Assembly (NCBI GenBank): GCA_037190485.1
Contig: JBBCJB010000045.1
Span: 63,876-127,875, forward strand
Direction of reading: 5' to 3'
From: Parapedobacter sp.
Lineage (GTDB): Bacteria; Bacteroidota; Bacteroidia; Sphingobacteriales; Sphingobacteriaceae
Length of the DNA stretch: 64,000 nucleotides
In this document: one piece after another, positions 19,387-31,400 of the stretch
Layout: the number at the start of each line of letters is the position of its first letter
How positions within the stretch are numbered: position 1 is the stretch's first letter
Notes under the pieces: model-generated
Told to the model about the DNA's origin: nothing
The model's input: only the letters and a program-made list of their open reading frames with translations
Databases searched by the model: none
Position numbers and translations under genes: made by a program

Positions 19387-20577
19387 TTAACTTACTTTGC
19401 TATTATGATATACGTTTTTGCTTTTTGTTACCAACTCCGATGCGATCTCTCGGCTCCTGCGGTCGGTCGCCAGGCAATCATCCAACGACGGCGCGTCGCG
19501 GTGCTCGACCAGCGACATCGTGTCCGCGATGATGTCGCTCATCTGCAGGAACCCGACCTCGTTTTTCAAGAATGCGGCCACGACCACCTCATTTGCCGCA
19601 TTGAGCGCGCAGGGCATGTTCCCCCCCGCGTCAAGCGCTTGATAGGCCAACGCCAGGTTGCTGAACGTAGCGGTATCCGGTTGCTCGAAATCGAGCGTCG
19701 GAAAATTCCTGAAATCGAACCGCTTGAAAGCGTTTTTCGGGCGTCCGGGATACATGAGTGCGTACTGGATCGGCAATTTCATGTCAGGCAACCCGAGTTG
19801 TGCCTTCATGCTGCCGTCTTCGAATTGCACGAGCGAATGGACAATCGATTGCGGATGGACCACCACGTCAATTTGTCGCGCTTCGAGGCCGAAAAGCCAT
19901 TTCGCTTCGATGACTTCCAGCCCCTTGTTCATCAGCGTGGCCGAGTCTATCGTGATCTTGGCACCCATCACCCAGTTGGGGTGGCGCAATGCCTGTTCGG
20001 CGGTGACGCCGCTTAAGGCTGTGCGATCCTTTCCCCTGAACGGGCCACCCGATGCGGTGAGGTAGATTTTTTCGATGGGGTTTTGGTCTTCGCCGACCAA
20101 GCATTGGAAAATGGCCGAATGTTCGGAGTCAACGGGTAAAAGATTGACCCCATGCCGACGGACCAAATCCATGACCAGTTGACCGCCCACCACCAAGGTT
20201 TCCTTATTGGCCAAAGCCACATCCTTGCCGGCCTGGATGGCCATTACGGTAGACCGAAGGCCAACGGCACCCACCAAGGCACTGACGACCAAATCGACAT
20301 CATCGTATTGCACCACCTCTTCTAGGGCGGAAATACCGGCATGCACCGCGATCGAGGTACCGGCCAAGGCGGCTTTCAGTTGATGGAAGCGGCTTTCGTC
20401 GGCGATCACGACCGCCCGCGGCCGGAATTCCATCGCCTGCCGAGCCAGCAGGTCGACATTCGTGCCGGCCGTCAACACCTGTACGTCAAACCGATTCGCA
20501 TGCAGACGGACAACCTCCAGCACCTGTGTGCCGATACTGCCCGTCGCCCCCAACAGGGCGATTCTTTTCCTTATCAA
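19387..20577 (-). CDS. dxr: 1-deoxy-D-xylulose-5-phosphate reductoisomerase
   Basis: LLGATGSIGTQ, LANKETLV, LPVDSEHSAIFQ, TASGGPF, HPNWVMGAKITIDSATLMNKGLE; TTG start. Confidence 0.97.
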   Translation of the reverse strand: MIRKRIALLGATGSIGTQVLEVVRLHANRFDVQVLTAGTNVDLLARQAMEFRPRAVVIADESRFHQLKAALAGTSIAVHAGISALEEVVQYDDVDLVVSALVGAVGLRSTVMAIQAGKDVALANKETLVVGGQLVMDLVRRHGVNLLPVDSEHSAIFQCLVGEDQNPIEKIYLTASGGPFRGKDRTALSGVTAEQALRHPNWVMGAKITIDSATLMNKGLEVIEAKWLFGLEARQIDVVVHPQSIVHSLVQFEDGSMKAQLGLPDMKLPIQYALMYPGRPKNAFKRFDFRNFPTLDFEQPDTATFSNLALAYQALDAGGNMPCALNAANEVVVAAFLKNEVGFLQMSDIIADTMSLVEHRDAPSLDDCLATDRRSREIASELVTKSKNVYHNSKVS

Positions 20578-20634
20578 AACAATCTCCCGATTTTATAAAT
20601 TCATTTCGTTCACCCGTCGATTCCGGTCTTCCGG

Positions 20635-21420
20635 CTAAATAATATTCTTCATTACCTCCGGATCGTCACCCCCTTGGTAATCTGCCATCATATTGCGGTA
20701 AGCCATCGCGACCACCACGCTCGACAACGGCCCTACCAGGAAAGAATTGACCAAGCTGAGCGCGGTCGAAACCATGGGATACCCGGCATAATTGAAATAC
20801 AGGTACAACAGGTGCAAAATGGCAAAAAATGCCAAGATGAGCAACAGTTTGGTCACATTTCCTTTCGTAAGCGCGATACTGAGCCGAATGGCCCGAAACG
20901 GTTCGGCATGGCGATCGATGATGAAGAACGGATAAAAAGCCACGCGCAACAACAACACGAAGATGACAACCGCCGAGACAGCCCGTGCGATGTTGACCAT
21001 CAACGAGACCTCGATACGTGCATAGATCAACGGGAACGCCAATACTGAAATAACCAGGTAGAACACCAACGCGAGTAACGCGATACTGAACATGCCCGTA
21101 AAAAAATAGAGCAGTTCCTTGGTACCGGGTATCGTCTCCGACAAGCTGACCTTCTCTTTTTTGTCAATGAGCGTAAAGATGTACTTGAAAAGCGTCAATT
21201 GCGTCCCGAAATAGAGGATAGCGAACAGAAAGGCCATGAAAACGCTGAGGAACGCATTGACTTCGCTGAAATAGAAGGCCAGGATACCGGAGGTATTGGA
21301 GGTCAGGAATAACAGGAAGCAAAGCCCCGCAATAGCCAGGTAGTGCCGCTTGAGCACATCCCACGACTTGTTGATCACATCGTTTACCGCAAATGTACTG
21401 TCTCGTAAAAACTGAATCAT
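20635..21420 (-). CDS. Uncharacterised multi-pass membrane protein
   Basis: About six hydrophobic helices; start 21420 (or 21432); the ORF-track extension runs through the tRNA and is not real. Confidence 0.75.
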   Translation of the reverse strand: MIQFLRDSTFAVNDVINKSWDVLKRHYLAIAGLCFLLFLTSNTSGILAFYFSEVNAFLSVFMAFLFAILYFGTQLTLFKYIFTLIDKKEKVSLSETIPGTKELLYFFTGMFSIALLALVFYLVISVLAFPLIYARIEVSLMVNIARAVSAVVIFVLLLRVAFYPFFIIDRHAEPFRAIRLSIALTKGNVTKLLLILAFFAILHLLYLYFNYAGYPMVSTALSLVNSFLVGPLSSVVVAMAYRNMMADYQGGDDPEVMKNII

Positions 21421-21469
21421 CGGCACGGCCATTACCAGCACAAAGGTGGAATAAAGTTTCTGAAATAAA

Positions 21470-21501
21470 AAAACAAAGCCACGATATTTACATCGCGGCT
21501 T
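21470..21501 (-). terminator. Terminator downstream of tRNA-Ala
   Basis: Minus-strand stem AAGCCGCGAT/ATCGTGGCTT followed by TGTTTTTTT. Confidence 0.75.
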
Positions 21502-21505
21502 CGTT

Positions 21506-21582
<77 letters not shown>

Positions 21583-21597
21583 GCAATTTTCGGTTTG

Positions 21598-21628
21598 CAA
21601 AACTAGCAAATACAATCGCAATTGCAAA
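21598..21628 (-). promoter_or_regulatory. Bacteroidota promoter (-33 TTTG / -7 TAGTTTTG) for tRNA-Ala
   Basis: Minus strand: TTTG (21628-21625), 19-nt spacer, TAGTTTTG (21605-21598). Confidence 0.7.
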
Positions 21629-21644
21629 CCAAAAATCAAATTTA

Positions 21645-23783
21645 TTATCTCAACCCGTTCGGCATGGGCTTTTCAAGCAAGTATTGATAGTAAAACCGAT
21701 AGCGCTCCTTGCGATCGTAGCCCGATTTCTCCCGGGCGAACCCATGCCTGCTTCCCGGATAGACCATCAGTTCGAAATGTCGGTCCCGATTGGTGAGCGC
21801 ATCGACCAACTGGATCGTATTCTGCATGTGCACGTTGTCGTCCATGTCGCCATGCAGCACACGCAGCACCCCCTTGTAGTTATCCACGTAGGTAAGTACG
21901 GACCCATCCCTGTAGCCTTTCGGATTATCCTGCGGTGTATCCATGAACCGCTCGGTGTAATGCGTGTCGTACAATTCCCAACTGGTGACAGGCGCACCCG
22001 CAATACCGTAATCGAAGTGGTCTGCGCCTTTGGTCAGGGCCAGACAGGTGACGTATCCGCCGTAACTGTGCCCGGTGATGAGCAATTTATCGTTGGCGAC
22101 CCAAGGCTTGCTTTTGAGCCATTTGGCCGCGGTGATGTAATCTTCCATCTCCCAATGGCCCAGGTTGCGGTGCATCAACGCCACCCCTTCCTTGCCGAAA
22201 TGGCCCGAGGCGCGGTGATCCACGCTGATCTGGATGATTCCTTCGTTGGCCCAATGCTGGTTGGACGTGCCTTTCCAGGTATTCCGCACGGTGCCAGCGT
22301 CTGGCCCGCCATAGATACTGAAAATCACGGGATGCGGCTTGGATTCATCGAAATCGGTCGGCCACGTAATGGTTGCCGGGAGTTGGTAACCGTCGGGCGT
22401 CGGGATGGCGATCAACTCGGTCTTCGCATAACGGTACTCGTCGAAATCATCGGCCCTGCTGTCCGCCAGTTCCTTCACGATCTTGCCCTTGTTATCGACA
22501 AGCGCGATCCTGGGTGGTGTATCCACATTGGAGTAGGTCGTGACGAAATGCCTGCCATCGGGCGACACCGAAACTTGATGCGTGTAGTCGCCAAACGTCA
22601 ACCGACGCAGGTTCTTACCGCTGTAATCCACCCGGTATAGGTCTACCGTGGCGGAATGTTCCTTACGCGCCGTGAAATAGACGACCTGATTCCGTTCATC
22701 GATCAACTCCAAGGAAGAGACCTGCCACCTGCCATCCGTGATGGGGTTCACCAAGGTACCATCAAGCCGATACAGGTAATAGTGTGCCCATCCCGTCTTG
22801 TCGCTTTTCAGGATGTAATGCCTGTTGTCCTTCAGGTACGTGATACGCTCGCTATGGCTGAGATCGATCCAGGCGTCTTGTCGCTCATCATAGATTTCGG
22901 CTTTTACACCCGTACGCGGATCCACCGCATAGAACTTGAGGTTCGTCTGGTCACGGTTCATCCACTGGACCATCAGGTTGCCGCTGTCGAAGCTCCAATA
23001 CGGTTCACCGAAATACTGGTCGTCCTTTTCGTCGAAGTCGGCCCAAACCACGTTTCCACCTTCGGCCGACACGAAACCGACTCTCACCTCAGGGTTTGGA
23101 TCTCCGGCCTTCGGGTAGCGCGTCTGCTCCAGGTAGCCGTGTTGGCCTGTCGAACCATAAATGGGGAACATCGGCACCTGTGTATCATCGAAACGCATGA
23201 ATGCCAGCGTCTTGCTGTCGGGTGCCCACCAAAACGCCCGATACTGCGATGGCCTTCCCAAGATCTCTTCGAAATACACCCAGGATGCCCACCCGTTATA
23301 GATGACATCCGTGGCATCCGAGGTATACCGGATTTCACGCCCATCGGCTACGTGTATGGCGTAGAGGTCATTCTCCCGGGTGAACGCCACGTATCGATTG
23401 TCGGGCGACAGCGTCGGATTCCGCTCTTCGACATCGGGTGATTGGGTCAATTGCCTACCGGCCTGCGCACCTTGACGGATGAAAATATCGTTGTTCTGCA
23501 CGTAGACGTCCACATCGCTGCTGGGTGGCGGCGCATAGGGTGTCCGCTCCCCCGTTTTGATGTGCACCTGGTATTGCTGCCGCGTCTGTACGTCGGCCTC
23601 GATGTAATGGCTTGCATCGGCCCAGCCAAGCACCGTATTGATCGATTTGGTAAGTGAAGGCTTGAGGCCCTGGGATTGCTCCAGGTCCAAGCGCCTGGTC
23701 TGGGCATCCACCTGAAACACCAACAATAGGGAAAGCCCCATCGCTGAATACAGTTTTCCGTTCATATGCGTATCTTTTTTCAT
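21645..23783 (-). CDS. S9B dipeptidyl-peptidase IV family serine peptidase
   Basis: Signal peptide; YPKAGDPNP; IYGGP; nucleophile GHSYGGY; HGDMDDNVH; YPGSRHG. Confidence 0.93.
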   Translation of the reverse strand: MKKDTHMNGKLYSAMGLSLLLVFQVDAQTRRLDLEQSQGLKPSLTKSINTVLGWADASHYIEADVQTRQQYQVHIKTGERTPYAPPPSSDVDVYVQNNDIFIRQGAQAGRQLTQSPDVEERNPTLSPDNRYVAFTRENDLYAIHVADGREIRYTSDATDVIYNGWASWVYFEEILGRPSQYRAFWWAPDSKTLAFMRFDDTQVPMFPIYGSTGQHGYLEQTRYPKAGDPNPEVRVGFVSAEGGNVVWADFDEKDDQYFGEPYWSFDSGNLMVQWMNRDQTNLKFYAVDPRTGVKAEIYDERQDAWIDLSHSERITYLKDNRHYILKSDKTGWAHYYLYRLDGTLVNPITDGRWQVSSLELIDERNQVVYFTARKEHSATVDLYRVDYSGKNLRRLTFGDYTHQVSVSPDGRHFVTTYSNVDTPPRIALVDNKGKIVKELADSRADDFDEYRYAKTELIAIPTPDGYQLPATITWPTDFDESKPHPVIFSIYGGPDAGTVRNTWKGTSNQHWANEGIIQISVDHRASGHFGKEGVALMHRNLGHWEMEDYITAAKWLKSKPWVANDKLLITGHSYGGYVTCLALTKGADHFDYGIAGAPVTSWELYDTHYTERFMDTPQDNPKGYRDGSVLTYVDNYKGVLRVLHGDMDDNVHMQNTIQLVDALTNRDRHFELMVYPGSRHGFAREKSGYDRKERYRFYYQYLLEKPMPNGLR

Positions 23784-23785
23784 GT

Positions 23786-26575
23786 TTACACCACGATATT
23801 CACGATCCGGCCCTTGACATAGATGATTTTCCTGGCCGGCTTGCCATCGAGATACCGCTGCACTTCTTCATTTTCGAGCACGGCCTGTTCAACATCGGCC
23901 TGTTCCAAGTCCAGCGACAATGTCAGGTTCATCCGGGTCTTTCCGTTCACCGAAACGGGATAGGCAAACTCGCGCTCTACCAAGTACTCGGGATTGAATG
24001 CCGGATAGGACGCAACGGACAAGGTACCTGGCGCATGCCCCAGCAATGCCCATAACTCTTCGGTGATGTGCGGGGCGTACGGATGCAATACAACGACCAA
24101 ATCGCCCAGGATCGCCCGTTTGTTGCATTGCAGTTCCGTCAACTCGTTCACGCAGATCATAAAGGACGAGACCGACGTATTGAACGAAAAACGTTCGATG
24201 TCTTCCTCCACCTTGCGGATGATCTTGTGCAACGCCTTCCACTCGGCTTTGGTGGGCTGCTCGTCGCCGACGGAGAAATTTCCTTCCGCGTCATGGAACA
24301 GCTTCCAAAACTTGCGCAGGAATTTATACACGCCTTCGATGCCGTTGGTATTCCACGGCTTGCTCTGCTCCAACGGACCCAGGAACATCTCGTACATGCG
24401 CAAGGTGTCCGCGCCGTATTGCTCCACGATGTCATCGGGGTTGACGACGTTGTATTTGGACTTGGACATCTTCTCGACCTCGTGGCCGCACACGTACTTG
24501 CCGTTCTCGAGGATGAATTCGGCCTCGGCGAAGTCCGGCCGGAATCGGCGGAACTTCTCGAGATCGAGGATATCGTTGGTCACGATATTGACGTCGACGT
24601 GCAACGCGATGGTCTGGTATCCATCTTTCAGGCCGTAAGACACGAATGTATCGGTGCCTCGGCCGGAGCCATCCAATACCCTGTACACGAAATTGCTGCG
24701 TCCCTGGATCATCCCTTGATTGATGAGTTTCTTGAAGGGTTCCTCCTCGGGTACGTAACCCCTATCCTTGAGGAACTTGTTCCAGAAGCGGCTGTATAAT
24801 AAGTGTCCCGTGGCGTGCTCCGATCCGCCGATGTACAGGTCTACGTCCCGCCAGTAGTCGATGGAGGCTTTCGAAGCGAAACGATCCGGGTTCTCCGCGT
24901 CCATGTACCGGTACCAATACCAGCTCGACCCGGCCCAGCCGGGCATGGTGCTCAATTCGTACGCAAACCCACCCCGGTACTTCCAGTCCTTGGCTCGGCC
25001 CAACGGCGGTTCCCCGGTCTCCGTGGGCAGGTATTTATCCACTTCCGGCAGGTGCAACGGCAGTTCGTTCTCTTCGATCAACCTGGGTAACCCGTCCTTG
25101 AAATAAACAGGTACGGGTTCGCCCCAATAGCGTTGGCGGCCGAATACGGCATCGCGCATGCGGTAGGTCACGGTGGCTTTTCCCGTCCCTGTGGATTCCA
25201 ATGCGGCGATCAACGTATCCACGGCCTCCCGATAGGCCATGCCGTTGATGAGGTCGGAGTTGATGTAGCGGCCGTCTTTGGTGGGATCGGCCTGTCCGTC
25301 CAATCGCTGCGCATCCGAAATGGCCATGATGGGCAGGCCGAAATGGGTCGAGAACAGGTAGTCTCGTTGGTCTCCGGACGGTACGGCCATCACCGCGCCC
25401 GTGCCGTAGCCTGCCAGGACATAATCGGCGATCCATATGGGCAGGTCCTTGCCGGTAAGCGGGTGTACGGCGTAGCTTCCGGTAAATGCACCGGATACCG
25501 CCTTTACATCGGCCATGCGATCCAGCTCCGACTTCTTTTTCGTTTGAGCGACATAGGCTTCGACTTCAACCTGTTGGGTCGGCGTGGTCAATTCCCCTAT
25601 CCATTCGTGTTCTGGCGCCAATACCAAGGCGTTCACGCCATAGATCGTATCCACCCGGGTGGTAAAGACCTCGATATGCCGACCTGTCCCAAGGCTGGGC
25701 ACGGCAAACCTCACGTTGGCACCTACGCTCTTACCGATCCAATGGCGCTGCATCTCCACCAATGGCTCCGGCCAATCGATGGTATCCAACCCCTTGAGTA
25801 GTCGATCGGCGTATGCGGTGATCCGCATGCTCCATTGGGTCATTTTTTTCCGTTCCACGGGGTAGCCGCCACGTTCCGACACCCCATTCACCACCTCGTC
25901 GTTGGCCAGCACCGTGCCCAACGCAGCACACCAGTTCACGGTGCTCTCCCGCAAGTATGCGAGCCTGTATTTCAGCACCTCCAATTGCCTTTCTTCTTCG
26001 CCGAACGCGTTCCACGCTTCGGCGGTAAACGACCGAACGTCATCGTCGCAAGCGGCATCGATGCCGTGGTTGCCGTGGCTTTCGAAATGGGCGATGAGTT
26101 CGTCTATCGATCTGGCCCGATCGGCGGCCCTGTCATACCAGGCGTCGAACAATTGCATGAATATCCATTGCGTCCATTTGTAATAACCGGGGTCGCTGGT
26201 ACGCACCTCTCGGCTCCAATCGAATGAAAACCCGATGTTATCCAATTGCTCCCGGTATCGGGCGATGTTGGCTTCGGTGGTAACCGCCGGATGCTGGCCG
26301 GTTTGGATGGCATATTGTTCTGCCGGCAAGCCGAAAGAGTCATAGCCCATCGGATGCAATACATTGAATCCTTTCAGTCGCTTGTAGCGGCTGAAGATAT
26401 CGGAAGCGATGTATCCCAGCGGATGTCCGACGTGCAATCCGGCACCAGAGGGGTAAGGGAACATGTCCAACACATAGTATTTCGGTCTTTCCGATACGTT
26501 CTCAACGCGGAAGGTGCGGTGCAATGCCCAGAATTGTTGCCATTTTTTCTCGATCGCACGATGATGATAATCCAT
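23786..26575 (-). CDS. leuS: Leucine--tRNA ligase
   Basis: [18 protein letters not shown] (HIGH), [22 protein letters not shown]. Confidence 0.98.
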   Translation of the reverse strand: MDYHHRAIEKKWQQFWALHRTFRVENVSERPKYYVLDMFPYPSGAGLHVGHPLGYIASDIFSRYKRLKGFNVLHPMGYDSFGLPAEQYAIQTGQHPAVTTEANIARYREQLDNIGFSFDWSREVRTSDPGYYKWTQWIFMQLFDAWYDRAADRARSIDELIAHFESHGNHGIDAACDDDVRSFTAEAWNAFGEEERQLEVLKYRLAYLRESTVNWCAALGTVLANDEVVNGVSERGGYPVERKKMTQWSMRITAYADRLLKGLDTIDWPEPLVEMQRHWIGKSVGANVRFAVPSLGTGRHIEVFTTRVDTIYGVNALVLAPEHEWIGELTTPTQQVEVEAYVAQTKKKSELDRMADVKAVSGAFTGSYAVHPLTGKDLPIWIADYVLAGYGTGAVMAVPSGDQRDYLFSTHFGLPIMAISDAQRLDGQADPTKDGRYINSDLINGMAYREAVDTLIAALESTGTGKATVTYRMRDAVFGRQRYWGEPVPVYFKDGLPRLIEENELPLHLPEVDKYLPTETGEPPLGRAKDWKYRGGFAYELSTMPGWAGSSWYWYRYMDAENPDRFASKASIDYWRDVDLYIGGSEHATGHLLYSRFWNKFLKDRGYVPEEEPFKKLINQGMIQGRSNFVYRVLDGSGRGTDTFVSYGLKDGYQTIALHVDVNIVTNDILDLEKFRRFRPDFAEAEFILENGKYVCGHEVEKMSKSKYNVVNPDDIVEQYGADTLRMYEMFLGPLEQSKPWNTNGIEGVYKFLRKFWKLFHDAEGNFSVGDEQPTKAEWKALHKIIRKVEEDIERFSFNTSVSSFMICVNELTELQCNKRAILGDLVVVLHPYAPHITEELWALLGHAPGTLSVASYPAFNPEYLVEREFAYPVSVNGKTRMNLTLSLDLEQADVEQAVLENEEVQRYLDGKPARKIIYVKGRIVNIVV

Positions 26576-26761
26576 TTACCTCGGGAGTTTAAATAAGAAC
26601 GGCGAAAATACAACATTTTGGAAAAGATTTGAAATCCATCGTGATGATGCGCCGACGGAAGCTGCGCGGATTACGAAATTGTTAACAATATCACAAAAAC
26701 GTAACAAAACAGTGATTTTTACACTGCATTCGTTGCAATTGACTTATCTTCGCCATCGATT

Positions 26762-27130
26762 ATGTGTACGAGACTGCTTTGTTTTCTTGCTTTAATCGCC
26801 TACGTCAACACCATTTTCCATCAAGACGGGCATGTGCATGGTGGCGGCTCCTGCCAGATCATCGATGGTACGCCGTTGATCGAAATCGTGTTGGAAGACG
26901 TTCTTGAAATCCCGGTTGGTGAAGAGCAAAAAACGCAGCAGCAATTTCAGTACGATGATTATCGACCGGCTTCATCCAAATGGATATCCATCGTGCCACC
27001 AACGAGGGCAATTGACTGGAACCCATTGCCGGTTGCCGATATCCTTGATTTCACCGCGCTGGTACCGAACACCAAAATCAGCTGCCTACTCGGCTACTAC
27101 GATTTTCTTTTCCGACTGAAGCCGTTCTGA
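26762..27130 (+). CDS. Small hypothetical protein upstream of the RND operon (hydrophobic N-terminus, His-rich patch)
   Basis: 122-aa ORF MCTRLLCFLALIAYVNTIF-HQDGHVH..., ending YYDFLFRLKPF; same strand as the efflux genes. Confidence 0.6.
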   Translation: MCTRLLCFLALIAYVNTIFHQDGHVHGGGSCQIIDGTPLIEIVLEDVLEIPVGEEQKTQQQFQYDDYRPASSKWISIVPPTRAIDWNPLPVADILDFTALVPNTKISCLLGYYDFLFRLKPF

Positions 27131-27283
27131 CCCACCCCAATCTACCGATAAACGCTAACCCGTTTACCATTATTTCACTGGGAGAGAGGAATTTGCCAAA
27201 AACCGTGCTGGCGTAAAACGGCACTGGTTCTGGGCGACTTTTTTGACGCTTTAACATGATTCGGAAATTTAATCGCGATTGCA

Positions 27284-28435
27284 ATGATTACTGAAAAAAC
27301 TTCTTTTGCACTATTGTATCTTTGTTCACTGACGATCGGATTGGGTGCTTGCGGCGGCGACGCCACCCGATCCGACGTTCCTGAACACATCCCATCGACT
27401 CCGGTAACCACGGTCGTCGAACTCGACACCATCATCCACCAAGACTATGTGGCCAGCATCCAAGCGTTCAAGAACGTCGAAGTCCGTTCACGGCTGAAAG
27501 GGTTTCTCGACAACATCTTCGTGGACGAAGGAAGCGAAGTGAAGCAAGGACAACCGCTGTTCCAACTAAGCGACACGGAGTACCAAGCAGAGGTTGTACG
27601 TGCCGAAGCGGTACTGGAAAACGCCGTGGCCGATCGAAAAACGATCGCGCTTGAGGTAACCCGCACCAAACTGCTCGTGGACAAGAACATTGTCTCTGCA
27701 ACGGATCTTGAAGTCGCTGAAGCGCAACTGAGTGCCGCCGACTCGCGGATCAAGGAAGCCAAATCTCAACTCCATCACGCCAAAAACCAGCTCACCTACA
27801 CCACCGTACGGGCACCGTTTTCCGGCCGCATCGACCGCATCCCGCTCAAAGAAGGCAGCCTGCTGGACGAAGGCACGTTGTTGACCTCCATATCGGACCT
27901 GAGCAAAGTGTACGCTTATTTCAACATTTCCGAAACGGAATACCTCAACATCGTGGCCAACGATAGCGTACGAACGGCCGATCCGCGTATGCCGATAAAG
28001 CTTACCCTAGCCAACGGCACGCCATATCCCTTTGAAGGGAAAGCTGAATTTGCGGAAAATGAATTTGAGGCGACAACCGGTACCATCTCGCTGCGGGCGC
28101 TGTTCCCCAATCCCGAGGCGCTCATCAAGCACGCCGCATCCGGAAAGGTAAGCGTACCGATGCAAAGCGGGAAAAACCTGGTCGTCCATCAGAAATCGGT
28201 CTTCGAAATCCAGGACCGCACCTACGTTTACCTGGTAGACGGCGACAACCGGATCGCCATGAAGCCCTTTCGGGCCGGGCAACGGATCGGCCATTATTAC
28301 CTCGTCGAAGACGGTTTGTCTGCCGATGACCGGATCGTGTTCGAGGGCGTGCAAAACCTGAAGGACGGCATGCGGATATCCCCCCAACCGGTGTCGTTGC
28401 ATGACAGCAGGCTGGCGGCGACGGGAATGCGGTAA
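27284..28435 (+). CDS. RND efflux periplasmic adaptor (membrane fusion protein), lipoprotein
   Basis: Lipobox LGA-C; VEVRSRLKG...V.EGSEVKQGQPLF, VRAPFSGRI, TTGTISLRALFPNP. Confidence 0.95.
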   Translation: MITEKTSFALLYLCSLTIGLGACGGDATRSDVPEHIPSTPVTTVVELDTIIHQDYVASIQAFKNVEVRSRLKGFLDNIFVDEGSEVKQGQPLFQLSDTEYQAEVVRAEAVLENAVADRKTIALEVTRTKLLVDKNIVSATDLEVAEAQLSAADSRIKEAKSQLHHAKNQLTYTTVRAPFSGRIDRIPLKEGSLLDEGTLLTSISDLSKVYAYFNISETEYLNIVANDSVRTADPRMPIKLTLANGTPYPFEGKAEFAENEFEATTGTISLRALFPNPEALIKHAASGKVSVPMQSGKNLVVHQKSVFEIQDRTYVYLVDGDNRIAMKPFRAGQRIGHYYLVEDGLSADDRIVFEGVQNLKDGMRISPQPVSLHDSRLAATGMR

Positions 28436-28471
28436 ACAGCAATCGTATCGGACAATCCTTAAAATCTCGAC

Positions 28472-31400
28472 ATGTTAGCAACATTCATCCGAAGGCCCGT
28501 GCTGTCACTGGTCATCTCCTTGCTCATCACGTTGCTTGGGCTCTTGGCGCTGTTCACGCTGCCCGTAACGCAATTTCCCGACATCGTTCCCCCATCGGTG
28601 GTGGTTACGGCCAGCTACACCGGCGCGAATGCCGAAGTGTGCACCGATGCGGTAGCCATACCGCTTGAACGCGCCATCAACGGGGTGGCGGGCATGACCT
28701 ACATGACATCCGTATCGACCAACAACGGCACGACGTTGATCCAGGTCTTCTTCGAGGTGGGCACCGACCCCGATATCGCAGCGGTAAACGTGCAGAACCG
28801 GGTCACGACCATTTTGGACGAACTCCCCGAAGAAGTGATCAAAGCGGGCGTGACAACCGAAAAGGAAGTGAACAGCATGCTGATGTACCTCAACGTTTTC
28901 AGCGACGACGTGACGGCCGACGAACGCTTCATCTATAACTTTACCGACATCAACATCCTCAAGGAACTGAAGCGAATCGAGGGTGTCGGATTCGTGCAGA
29001 TCATGGGTGCCCGCGATTATGCGATGCGTGTATGGCTCAAACCGGATCGCATGGCCGCCTACCGTATATCAAGCGAGGAAATCATCGCAGCGCTCCGTGC
29101 GCAAAACGTGGAGGCGGCGCCCGGCCAGACGGGTATCGGATCCGACCAACGCATCAACATGCAACAGTATGTGTTGCGCTATCCGGGCAAGTTTTCCGAA
29201 CCGGAAGAATATCGCGATATCCCCATCCGTGCAAATGCCGATGGCTCCATCCTGCGTGTCCGCGACATCGCCGACGTCGAATTCGGTTCGCTTGACTACG
29301 AAATGGAGTCGAAAACCGACGGACGGCCTTCGGCGTCCATCATGATGAAACAGCTGCCCGGATCCAACGCGCAGGAGGTGATCGAAAATGTCAAGAAACG
29401 GATGGAGGAGCTGAGGGCATCGACGTTTCCGCCGGGCATGAAATACACGGTGAGCTATGACGTTTCCCGCTTCCTCGACGCGTCCATGAGCGAAGTGATG
29501 CGAACGTTGATCGAAGCGTTTCTACTGGTCTTCCTCGTGGTTTTCATTTTCCTTCAGGACTTCCGGTCTACCTTGATCCCTGCCCTGGCTGTTCCGGTGT
29601 GCCTCATCGGCGCATTGTTCTTCATGCAGCTATTGGGATTTTCCATCAACCTGCTCACCCTGTTCGCCCTGGTATTGGCCATCGGCATCGTGGTAGACAA
29701 TGCCATCGTCGTGGTGGAGGCGGTACACGTCAAAATGGAAGAGGATCGCCTTCCACCGCTTGAGGCGACGTTGGCCGCGATGAAGGAAATCGGGGGTGCG
29801 GTCGTCGCCATCACGTTGGTGATGTCTGCCGTATTCGTTCCCGTGGCCTTCCTATCGGGGCCGGTGGGCATTTTCTATCGCCAATTTTCATTGACGTTGG
29901 CATCGTCCATCGTCATCTCGGGCATCAACGCCTTGACATTGACACCCGCCCTCTGCGCACTTTTCCTGAAATCGCCACACGATAAACCCGCGCCGAAAGG
30001 CTGGCTTGCCGCCTTCTTCAAACGGTTCAACACGTGGTACAACAACGTCTCGAACGGCTACGCCGGACTTGTCGGGAAAATAGCCGGCCGACGGGTCGTG
30101 ACACTCGGCTTACTGGCCGGCTTCTTCGTCGCGACCTGGGGGGTGAGCAGCGTGCTACCCTCCGGTTTCATCCCCACGGAAGACCAAGGGATGATCTATG
30201 TAAACGTGACCACGCCACCTGGGGCCACGGTAGACCGGACAATCGCCGTCTTGAACCAGGTCGATTCGATTAGCCGGCAGCACGGGGCCGTGGAAACCGT
30301 TTCGACCTTGGCCGGTTACAGCATCGTGACGGAAGTGACCGGCGCATCGTATGGCATGGGCATGATCAACCTCAAGGCTTGGGATGATCGCAAGGAATCG
30401 GTCGGTGACGTGATCGCGTGGCTGGAGCAGAACACGGGCCACTTGATGGATGCCAGCATTGAGTATTTCCCACCGCCCACGGTACCTGGATTCGGCAACT
30501 CCAGCGGATTCGAACTCCGCTTGCTCGATCGCACCGGCTCGGACGACCTGGCCCGGACGGCTGACGTACTGGGCGACTTCATGGCCGCGCTCGACGAGAC
30601 ACCGGAAGTTGGCGGTACGTTCTCCACGTTTGATCCCCGCTTTCCGCAATACCTCGTCCAAGTGGATTACGACATGGCCACGAAAAAGGGCATAAGCGTG
30701 GAAAACGCCATGCTCACGTTGCAGACGCTGATGGGTAGTTTCTATGCGACCAATTTCATCCGCTTCGGGCAACTTTACAAAGTGATGGTGCAGGCCGGCC
30801 CCGTGTATCGCGAAAAGCCGGAGGACGTCCTTAAGCTCTACGTCAAGAACAATACGGGTGAAATGGTACCTTATTCCGCTTTCATGAGCATGGAACGTGT
30901 TTACGGGCCTGAACAAGTAACCCGCTACAACATGTTCAGCTCGGCACTGATCAACGGCGACGCGGCTCCGGGCCACAGCAGCGGCGAGGTCATCGAGGCC
31001 GTGGAGCGCGTCGCCGCGGCAACGTTGCCACAGGGCTATGAAATCGAGTGGTCTGGCATGACGCGCGAACAGATCCTTTCTGGCAATCAAGCCATCTACG
31101 TTTTCGCCCTATGCCTATTGTTCGTCTACCTCATCTTGGCCGCCCAATATGAAAGCTTCTTGCTCCCGCTTCCGGTCATCCTCTCGTTGCCGGCCGGCGT
31201 ATTTGGCGCGTTCCTGTTCCTCAAGCTGCTCGGACTCGAAAACAACATCTATGCACAGGTGGCATTGGTCATGTTGATCGGGTTGCTGGGAAAGAATGCG
31301 ATCCTCATCGTCGAGTATGCCATCCTACGGTACAAACAAGGGGCCACGCAACTCCAAGCCGCCATCGAAGGGGCCGTGGCGCGCCTCCGCCCCATCCTGA

